Assembly (NCBI GenBank): GCA_951406725.2
Contig: OX597825.1
Coordinates: 3,100,001-3,164,000 of the forward strand
Direction of reading: 5' to 3'
Length of the DNA: 64,000 nt
Origin: Octopus vulgaris
Lineage: Eukaryota
Part shown: positions 29,448 to 40,270 of the stretch, piece by piece
How the letters are laid out: each line of letters begins with the position of its first letter
Numbering within the stretch: the stretch's first letter is position 1
Notes under the pieces: generated by a model
The model's input: only the letters and a program-made list of their open reading frames with translations
What the model was told of the DNA's origin: nothing
The model's database searches: none
Position numbers and translations under genes: made by a program

Positions 29448-30086
29448 ATTATAGGCTTACTAGTATGGGAATGATGACCCTCCTCTCTGTCCTGGTGATG
29501 ACTTCAACGATAATCATGCTCAATGGTTTTAATATTTTCATTAAGAAAATATCTGAATTTTGCTTCAGGAACCCTGTGTATATCCAAAGTCTATATTTTC
29601 ACTTTTTAGCAGTATTATTTTGTCTTTTTTAATACTGGAGTGAATCGTTTCTGAAGCTATTACGCTATGAAAACGAAATATCACGGTGGCAACTGCTGTA
29701 TATTGCGCATGTTAATGAGAACCTGTCGCACTTTCCAAGTTTGTAGTGACCATAAGTTCAATATGCCCCCCATGATTATGCTTGCTAATATTTCATATTT
29801 TTCCTATATGATATATTAAAGAAGTATTCATGCTGTTTGTTGCTCTTTGGATAAACATAAATCATAGCAGAGATTATCTGACAAATAGATGTGCTTTCTT
29901 TCAGAGATTGGCAATCTCAAAGAGATCAAATAAACCTTATATGTATACATACATTATACCTATATCTCTATAAATAGCTATATATGTATGTACGTATGTG
30001 CATTATGAATATGTGTATGTCTGTGTGTTTATGTATGCGTCATTGTATATGAAATATATATATATACGTAATGTATTACATATGTA

Positions 30087-30153
<67 letters not shown>

Positions 30154-30204
30154 CAATAATAAATCTCTGAACGAGATGTAAACAGTAACCGTTCGACAAC
30201 GTAT

Positions 30205-30433
30205 AGTATACTAGCCATCTCAATATGGCTAACCACTAAGGGTGGGTGTTACTGTAGCTTGTAGCCCCAGGAGATCATCGTCTCCAGTTGGCCTTAGTCA
30301 CACTTTCTGTGCCCTTATGGTATTTGCACAGAAAGAGTGCCTGAAAGCCAGCTGGAGACGATGATCTCCTGGGGCTAAAAGTACAGTAACACCCACCCTT
30401 AGTGGTTAGCCATATTGAGATGGCTAGTATACT
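30205..30433. mobile_element. Fold-back element with about 108-bp near-perfect inverted arms and a 13-nt loop (MITE-like or inverted Penelope terminus)
   Basis: 30205-30312 is the reverse complement of 30326-30433 with few mismatches. The loop is ccttatggtattt and the element lies between (TA)n tracts. Confidence 0.9.
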
Positions 30434-30542
30434 TTACCTTATATATATATATGTGTGTGTGTGTGTATGTACATAGCGATATGTATATTGGTATATATAT
30501 ATATATATATATATATATACTAATATACATATCTATATGTAT

Positions 30543-30575
<33 letters not shown>

Positions 30576-30653
30576 AAGATATATATGTATATATATGTGT
30601 GTATATACATGTGTGTGCGTATGTGTATGTATGTGTGTTTGTATGTATGGATA

Positions 30654-31385
30654 CAGGCTCCGATGGGTAAATTGTCACCGTTTTATCTGTTCAATTTCGT
30701 GCATACATTTGTTTCATTGTCGACTACAAAGCATAGCAGGGTTAGTTGGGCACTGTCAATGAGAAAAGCTGCACAATGACGCAATTCCCTCTGTCAAATA
30801 TTTTGAAACTTCATGCTGTATTGCTTTGTAGGACTTGCCATGTCCACAAAATATGTAAAGAGAATGATAAAACTCAAAACTCCAGTCAACATTATGGTGT
30901 TTAGAGTGATCACTAGTGATGGTTATGTTATGCCTCTATTCATCTTCCCTGACGGCATCACACTTATCACTGAGGCCTACACCAAGTGCCTGGAGGATAT
31001 AGTGCGACTTTGGGCGAAGGGGGTGGCTGCAGGAGATTATTATCTGTCTGCTAACAAGACTCTGCACTATACACAAGTAGGTGAAGTCAGTCATGCCTCT
31101 CAGACAATTTCTGTGGCCACATCACTACTAAAATCTGGCCACCTAAATCCCCCGACTCTAACCCCCTTGATTATTATGTGTGGAGCGCAAATAAGCGAGA
31201 GATCAACAAGACACCTTGCAAGATAAACTGACGGCAAGGAGTATCGCATCATTCAACGCCCAGACGTTTTGCAGGAGATTCCAAAGTCATCTCGTTGCTG
31301 TGGCTGAAGCCAATGGCGATTTAATTGAATACATTTGATCTTTAATATTTAAAGATATTTTTATGTAATTTTGGTAAATATATCT
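30654..31385 (+). mobile_element. Tc1/mariner DD37D (maT)-type transposon, internally deleted, right end lost
   Basis: TA followed by a putative TIR caggctccgatgggtaaattgtc. Translation KTPVNIMVFRVITSDGYVMPLFIFPDG...QDSA...IWPPKSPDSNPLDYYVW...AEANGD. D-D spacing is 36 with one apparent codon deletion. Confidence 0.85.
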
Positions 31386-33138
31386 GTATATTAGAGCCAT
31401 GGTAAAAATGATATCATATAATTTTGTACAAAATAAGGGGGGGGGTTGTACAAAAAAGGTCGGCGTTTGTGAGAGATGCAGCATTGAGGATGAATGAAGC
31501 CAGCTCAACTCACCCCGGGCGAATGCTTTCAAGTTAAGTCAACATAATTGAAGTAAGCTGCGGTTTCGCATTGCTTATCTTACTCAGAGCTGAAAGAGAT
31601 TTATTGCCATGGGGGGTTGGGGTGGATATTGCCAGGGAAGATAATTGTCCACTCATTTGTTTTGCAGTACAAGGTAGGTAAATCTGTAATTTTAATTTTT
31701 TTGTTCTCTGCTATATTCTGGCTTACATCTTCCATTAAAAAGGTAAGTCCTTTATTGTTAATATGGGTTCATATTTAATTCTGGTTTTAATTTTTGGATA
31801 AATGAGGTTTCGTTATTCAGTATTATTCTTGTTGAGGTCCAAGATGCGAGTTGTTAAAATGGGAAAATTTTGAATTATGGTTGTAATGTCTGTGCACAAT
31901 CGTCAATGTGTTGACTGATGTATATTTAGTGATATTCTGCGGAGGAGAGAATCTGCTGTCTGTGAACTGTACACCACGAGGGACTCCCATTCCTAGACAT
32001 ACTGATTAAAAAGATAAGCAAATATAAAAAAAGACATTTTTTTGCAAAACCACAAACGCTAAATGATATCTACTATTTAGCTCATGTCACCCAAGACATA
32101 CCAAAACAAATATCCCATTCAAACTTGCTAGGAGGATTTGCACAATACCATCCGAAAAATGCCAGAGATCTAAGATTGTAAGAGCTTAAAATTGTACTCC
32201 ATATAAGGCATTACCCAACTGAACTCATATATAAAGGAATTAAACGTGTTAAATCGATTAATATTAAAAGCAACAAGAAAAGCCAAACACAACAACACAT
32301 CTACCCACAAAACACTACCTTATATCTCCACATAGAACCCCAGAAACAAAGAAGCATTCAATATCATCGTGCAAAATATTCCAATACTCCATACATACTC
32401 CAAACTTAAGGAGATTCTACGTAACCATAAAATCATTAAGAGCGATTACAACCAAGAGATTGAAGAAAATTCTCACCAATGGCAAAACATTCTCTAGAAC
32501 AAGGCACACTAGAGTCGTAAAGTGTGGTCGCCCTAATAGCAGAAAGTGTCCCAATTTGTTCGAAGTTTCGGAATTCTATTTCCGACAAGGATAAATATTC
32601 AAAACACGGTGTAACTTCACTTGCTGCTCCAAAAACATCATTTACGTAATCAGATGTTCGGACTGCTATCGAAATAATATTGACTCAATAGGAAACTCGT
32701 CCTGTAAGAGATATACAGTACACAGACAGAACAATTCCTCGCCACAATATCGCAACACACTGACAAATTACAGAACGATAACAACCAAAATGTGAAATTT
32801 TCCCATTTTATCAACTTGCGTTCTGAACCTTAACGCAATTAAGACTGAATAAAGAGGTCTCATTTATCCAGAATTAAATAAAGGATTTACCCCATCTAAT
32901 GGAAGATGCAAGCCAGAATACAGCAGAGAACAGAAAAAAACGAAAAATAAAAGTTACAGATTTACCTCCCCTTTACTGCAAAATAAATGAGTGGACAATT
33001 ATCTCCCCTAGGAATTTATCTCTTTCAATCCTCAGTTTTATGAGCAATGCGAAACCGGCGATTACTTTAATTATGTTTAAGAACAAAGCCTTATTTTGTA
33101 CAAAATTGTATATCTATATTATCATGGCTCTAATATAC
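31386..33138 (+). mobile_element. Penelope-like element (Neptune-like): 5'-truncated RT end plus GIY-YIG, with an inverted 3' copy upstream
   Basis: Body from about 31972 reads LPFLDILIKK...YLLFSSCHPRHTKTNIPFKLARRICTI...KCGRPNSRKCPNL...NFTCCSKNIIYVIRCSDCY..., with stops. 31386-31971 is a diverged reverse complement of about 32710-33138 (gtatattagagccatg / catggctctaatatac). Confidence 0.9.
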
Positions 33139-33168
33139 TCTTATTTCCCGTAAAAAAATCTGTTTTTC

Positions 33169-33259
<91 letters not shown>

Positions 33260-33263
<4 letters not shown>

Positions 33264-33520
33264 CGGGCAAAAAATTAGATTGAGATGAATATATTACTTA
33301 AGTTGAGGCACCAGAATTTAGAAGGTTATTATCCATACAATTTTAAAATAAGGTAATTAGAATCAAAATAAACAAAAAGGATACCCAGAGGTAATGCAGT
33401 ACAATCGTTTCACGCAACTCCATTCAATTCAACAATGCAATCATTACATTGTTCAATTAAATGGAGTGGTCTGAAACGATCGTACTGCATTAATTCTGGA
33501 TATCCTTGTTGCTTACATTG
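33260..33520. mobile_element. Penelope-type terminus with inverted partial copy forming a hairpin of about 70-bp arms
   Basis: 33369-33515 is an imperfect palindrome. The right arm has GAAA-CGATCG-TA-ctgca (hammerhead 3' half). The left part is homologous to 56090-56245. Bounded by (TA)n on both sides. Confidence 0.7.
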
Positions 33521-33552
<32 letters not shown>

Positions 33553-33600
33553 CTGTGTGTCTGTGTATGTGTATATATATATATACATATATATATATAT

Positions 33601-33659
<59 letters not shown>

Positions 33660-33775
33660 AGTGCAAACAAGGGAGACAGAGAAAGGCAGAATGCCACTTA
33701 TATTTGAACACTATACAAATATTCCTTTAATAAAAATTATCTTTTAATTTTTCTAAATTTAATAATTAATCGTTA

Positions 33776-33813
33776 CAGTTGAAAAGGTCTCAAAATGACC
33801 GAAACCGGTACTG
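33776..33813 (+). ncRNA. Minimal type I hammerhead ribozyme motif, U3-A8 core variant
   Basis: CAG [TTGAAAA] GGTC-tcaaaat-GACC [GAAA] CCGG [TA] CTG: helix I CAG/CTG, helix II GGTC/GACC, palindromic helix III ACCGGT, and a GUA cleavage triplet. Confidence 0.65.
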
Positions 33814-33899
33814 AAATATTCTTTATAAAATTATTTTAGCATTTTCTATTTTGACTTGTTTTTTCATATATATCAACTCGTGTGTTCCTTTTCACCCTT

Positions 33900-33973
<74 letters not shown>

Positions 33974-35043
33974 CAAAGGCGACGTAAGAAAAAGTGTCGT
34001 TAATATAAACTCATAAAAACCGTCATATTTCTATATGCAAGAGTGAGCTGTCTCCTCCGACACCATCAGTAAACTCTTGTATTCCCGGTCACAGAGATAT
34101 GATGCACATATATTCCTTCATTACTTATATTCAATTTCAGGCATTGCATCCTATACCAGCTCAATCACTTACATTCAGTTCTCGTATGTAGCAACATGTG
34201 TTGTTCGTGTTGTATTTCCGCAACCCACAACCAGTGCAAACATTGTATTATGCTCCATGGATATATCATAACCTTTTCCTTCATTTAATAATGTCGTTGT
34301 TCCTTATTTCTTCTTCTAATATTTATTCTGAATGCTGAATATTCTGTGTGATTTTATCTTTGAACACTAATTCGCACAATAGTCTTGCCGGAAATATCTG
34401 CGTCCTTGTTATAATCTTAATAGTATATGTGCCACATATTTGACACGGACTGCCGATGTTAGAGAATGTTATAAAAATACTTCGTATGTTATAAAGCAAG
34501 GAATCTTCCATCAGAGAAACAAAATATCACTACACAAGTGATTTTCTTTGAAATCAGATTATGATAGAAAAAGAAAAATTTTTAAGAAGTTTAAGAACAG
34601 CAAAGAAAAATATATAAATGTGTATATATGAATCCTGGAAGTTACATGAATGTCATTGAATGAGGAATGGGGTTGGCACTGATTGGAGAAGCATATTGAA
34701 TGATTAATCACTAAACAGAAAATAGAAAAGAAATACACATTTCGACTGAGAAAAAACAATAATGCATTAATTACTTCAGTGTTTCTACGCTTGCGTCAAT
34801 ATTTTATGCTGTGGAATCACGGCATTCATCTAAACATAAATTGCCTATAGATCCTAATCAACTTTGCTGTTCATGATGCAAAGATATCATCGAATGTGTC
34901 ACTCTGCCTGCCACAGCTACTATTTAATTTAGTTTAACATCTATTTTCCAATGCTTTAGACATACGTTATATGTTTAAGATATAAGAAATTATAATTATA
35001 GAAATACGTGTGTGTCCGTGCGTTTGTGTGTGTGAGAGTGTGT

Positions 35044-35046
<3 letters not shown>

Positions 35047-35122
<76 letters not shown>
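35047..35122. repeat. Pure (TG)n tract
   Basis: Read directly. Confidence 0.95.
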
Positions 35123-35126
<4 letters not shown>

Positions 35127-36459
35127 TGCATGTATTCTCGGCCGTCTTTAGTTAACAAGGTACTGATTTTTTTAGATAAGTCCCTCCTCCCAATCTACTG
35201 ACACGAAATGTAAAGTCTAATATATAACGATTTTTAATCTCTGAGTTTTCTTCACATTTTCCCATATGATTGGTTTTCTCTTTTTCTTGTGAATATGATA
35301 CCTGTTTAATTGTTTTTTTTATATTTTTGTTATAGACAGGTATATTTTTATATGACATGCTTGAAACTAATTCTGAAATAAGTTTCGTCTGATGTAACGA
35401 ATTACATCCGTTAGATTCCTGATTAATAAAATTGTATTTTGCTGTTGTGGGTTCACCTCTGTAACGAGATCTTATTTCTGTTCTGCAATGCGATTTGTAA
35501 CATCGTAGAAGATTACCGTCCTACTGATATGACATATTATATCCCAAGCTCGGAAACCGTAAGAAGATGCTAGCATATATACAATCGCACTACAAAATAA
35601 ACACGGAATCGTGCGTGGACAGTCAGATAGAATAAAATAAAACCACACCGGAATCATAGAAATCAAAGATACAAATATTTTCTCAAAGTATCAAACATAT
35701 CCGTGAAAAAATGCGCTAAAGCATAAAAACAAATATCACAAATTAAACAAATCGATGTATATTCGCAAAACTTGGATTTATCCACACAAACCAATGCAGG
35801 AAAGCAAAAAAATAGCACAAATGTAATCATTGAAATCGAGATCTATACACACATGTCCAGACGCACACACACGTGGACAAACTGAAGTTCAGAAATACGC
35901 AACTAGAATCAGAAATGGATAAGCGCATACACAAGACGTCGTATGGAAATGCCTTTTTTAAACATCCAACAATGTTGTTTACCAAATAGATCAGAGAACT
36001 TTAAAAGTTTATGTTCATCTTTTTAATAGAGAGATATTCGATAAATAACTATTCCTATATTGGTATTACAGAAAATACTTTGGAATAATTCCGCTCAAAA
36101 ATAAAGATTTAATTGTGACGAATAATACGTAATACGAAATGAATCATTTCTGTTATTCCATATTCTTTTTTGTAATTAGGAGAAAATGCATCGTCAAAAA
36201 CCACAAAGATTGCGGCTGAGCAAAGTAAAAGACGCTGAATTGTGAATATATAATAGTAAAGTACTAAAGTTGAACGCAGATGATATATTTCGGTATCTTT
36301 AAACCTTCTAAATAAACAGTTTCGTCATCTGGCTATTACTTTGAAAGATTGAGAATATAAAATGTTATATGAATTTAATATATCGCATTATAAGTGAATG
36401 TAATGCACTAACTACGGAATTCGGTATGTAAATAGATTATTTCCCAATCAGGTTTTCTG

Positions 36460-36514
<55 letters not shown>

Positions 36515-36995
36515 TAAAACACTTCCTTCCCCCAACCAAAACATGGGAATGTGAAATGTGAAATAGCATTGTTCTTGAGGTGAATCAATCACATTTAAGC
36601 AGTTTAAAATTCATAAGTCACGAATGAGAAATTAGCTCGGAATAAAATTTATGAAAATATATACAGACACACATGTAATCCGTTTGGTGAGTGATTTTTG
36701 TCCTTACTATCCACTTCACCTACAATTAGCACTTCCTGCTGTCCATAAATATTAGACGATAATCAAAAGGACATACATTTCATGCTGACTTTTCCTCACG
36801 AATATTCTCCTCAAATCTAATGTATTTCTCTTTGAATATATTCCGTAAACCGAATTTCTAATATTTATCAGTGGGCAATATTTATTTCAATTACAATATT
36901 CCTGAAATGTCTTCGCTAAAAATCTCATAGATGTTACCGGCATACAAATGTCTTCAAGAAGTACTTTCATCCTTGCTTTCCACAGTCAATATAGG

Positions 36996-37150
36996 TGCAG
37001 ACGTGGCTGAGTGGTAAGGCACTTACTTCTCAACCACATAGTTCCGCGTTCAGTCTCACTGAGTGATACCTTGAACAAATGTCCTCTATTATAGCCTCGT
37101 ACCAACAAAAGCTTTGTGAGTGGATTTACAAAATAGAAATTGAAACTCAT
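36996..37150 (+). mobile_element. tRNA-derived SINE, degenerate
   Basis: gtggctgagtggtaagg (A box) ... gttcagtct (B box) ... ttgtgagtggattt. Confidence 0.75.
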
Positions 37151-37190
37151 CTGGCATATGAATATCATTCGCACACTGTAATCCGTGACT

Positions 37191-38120
37191 AATATTCTCA
37201 AGGTCAACATTTACTCATACACAACCAATTTTTAGGCTCTGTAACTAACTCAGTTTTTAACGAAATTAGATGCTTTAAATTATATGATAAATTTCAGCGA
37301 GAGGAATCTATCCCTATTATTTATTTGCAAAAATAGTCAGAAAAAAAAAAACGGAGGATAAAAGGAGATTAACGCATGAAATCCATTTTGACTCCAAATA
37401 TTATTCATGCTTCAAAAGAAAACCATATTTAAATTCAACTTTTCTGATAGATCTCAACTAATGGAATCCGATGATGCCATTTTGTAGAAAAAAAAATACT
37501 GGGGCCAAATGTGCCGAAAAAAGTGTTAACGCTTAAAATCAAATTGAAATCCCAAAAAATAATGTTTACCTCATACGAGTGAACTAATAAAATCGAGTGT
37601 CATGGCGCTTATCTTTTCAAAAAATATCATCCACACACGGTAGAGCGTGGATAATATTCTTAAGGTCAACCTTTACTCACACACAACCATTTCTAAGCTT
37701 CTCATTAAGTAATTTTTAAATCAAATTAGATCATGTTTATGTTTTGAGACTGTTGACATCTTAAGTTACAATTCGATATAAAAACTTATAAAATCGGTTA
37801 TGTAGCAAATATGTGAGGTCAAAAACGGGAGATTAACGCCTCAAATCAACTTTGAGTCCAAATATTATTCAAAAGAAAACTAATTTTAAATTTAACTTTT
37901 CTGATAGAACTCCACTACAGGAATGCCATGATGCTACTTATATATAAAAAATATAAAATAGATAAAGAATTACTGAGGACAAATGTGCCAAAAACAATGG
38001 TAACGCCTAAAAGCAAATTCTAAACCTCAACAATTTGTTTTTGTTTAAAAAAATTGTTTTTGTTTAGCTCAAATGATAAAACTCACAAAGACGAGTGTCG
38101 TTGTAGTACATTTAAAAAAT
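37191..38120. repeat. Diverged tandem duplication, unit about 462 bp
   Basis: aatattct(c/t)aaggtcaac...ttcaaaagaaaac...ttttctgataga...caaatgtgcc...cgagtgtc blocks recur collinearly at 37191 and 37653. Confidence 0.85.
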
Positions 38121-38807
38121 ATGTAAAATGAATAGACAGGTGTGTATACTGAGCGACTCTGTCACACCTTTGCAAGGATTCTGTGGGTGCTCCTCTGCTG
38201 CATCAGAGGATTCTGTAGTTCATTGTTTCTGGCTGCTCTCGCATATGCGACATGATGTACTGCTTTCGCATTTCGGGAGAAATGTGAAATGCTTTTGAAT
38301 AATATTACTCAAAAAATGTCATATGGCAATTCCCGTTCCAATGTGTCGGTCACAACCACAGAATCCACAGTTTAGCGATACGCACACACACACACACACA
38401 CAACCATACATATGCGTATATGTGAATGTGTGTGGGTGTGCATGTGACTGTGTGGAGGGAGAGTGCTCGAGCCACATGCATACACGCATGTGCGCATGCG
38501 TGTTTCTGCACCTTTGTTATATACCTCTATAAGGCGTAAGAAGGTGAAATTAGTTATGGAGTGTCAAATGAGTGAAGGGCTGTGTTCGGTCATGCTGCTC
38601 TTTGCAAATATAACTTTACGTTCTTCTATTCAAATCAGAGATGGAGGAAAAGACATACGCTTCTCATTTATTTGAACTAAATTAAATCCGAAGTCACGTG
38701 AGTACATGCAAACTGCAATACGCATATATTTATCAGGAAATTTTGTGCAATGCGAGTGCAATGATTCCTGTTTCCACATCAAAATACATAAGTTGATTAC
38801 TTAATAT

Positions 38808-38884
<77 letters not shown>

Positions 38885-39506
38885 CATTTTATTTAAAATT
38901 GTAGCAACTTCCACAGGTAAGTCAGGAGGAGGAGTTAAATCCTATCCTAAACGATCAATGTGTAAATCAACAAATGACGTATCAAAGTTAATTTCAGGAA
39001 AATACAAAACTAAATACTTTATAGCTTACATCTTTCTTGCATATAGATAACATGGCATAGGTTACGCATTCACATTCTATGCTTCATTATTCAATAGTAA
39101 TTTGAAAAAAAAAACACTATTCAATTTACTAAAATTTAATTTTCCATTACATTATTAAAGAAAGCATTCCTTCCTTATATTCTCCACTATAAATTTTACT
39201 GGTGCTTATGGTCTCCTCACATTTATATTTCAATAAATTCTCTTCCTTTCATCTGATTCCATTCAGGAGTAATGTTGTAACTAATTCAATTAGCTATGTT
39301 TGTCAATTCGTACATTTTTACACTTTGCTCTTTATTCTGTTTTACATGTAGATATACATAACCGCACTCATATAAGTATAGAAACAAGCGCAAGTTTATA
39401 TACAGCCCCATGAATATATACACACGAGTTCACATGCCTGTGTGAATGGATATTCTCACATACAAACACACACACATATATTATAAGTATATAAATATAA
39501 ATGCAA

Positions 39507-39607
<101 letters not shown>

Positions 39608-39941
39608 TGTGTGTCATACATCAATACGTTTATAGATATTTCGACAGCTGTGCCAGTATAATGTTATACACAGGCACTCTTACATGCGTATTTATTCAAA
39701 TTAAATACATTTATTACTATCTATGTGCGAAATTTGCAGATACCCATGTACACAATACGTGTACAATCATGCAAACATACCTCATACACATATGTGTTAC
39801 GTGCAACGTGACTCAAACCCGGATATTTCGTGCATGGATATTAGGTTCAATCCAATAAATATTATTACATAAACCTTATTTTCGACTACTCTCTCTTCTT
39901 TTCTTTTCTTTTGAAATACGTTCCTTTATGCATATATACTG

Positions 39942-40270
39942 AAGGCTCATGGCTCAGCGGATAAAGATTCCGGCGCACATCCATGAGATAGTTTCTTCGG
40001 TTCCTGGACCGGAATGTGTGTTATAGTGTTCTTCAGCCACACCCTTTATTTCACGTTGTGGCGGTGCACTCAGCTGTAGAAATATGTTGCAAAGTCACAG
40101 GTTCCAAGCTGTGTCGACCCCTTTGCTTTTTCGCTTGGATAGCATCAGTGGTGTGGAGGGGGAAGATGATTATGCATCGACAACTCTGGGTTTCCATTTA
40201 CAAACTTACCCGGGCCTCAGAGGGGAACTTTCTAGGTTTAATCTCGCGCTCATTCATGGCCGAAATGTTC
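39942..40270 (+). mobile_element. tRNA-derived SINE (tggctcagtgg...cactttatttcacgttg family), degenerate
   Basis: Has A and B boxes; collinear with 54740-55005. Confidence 0.75.
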
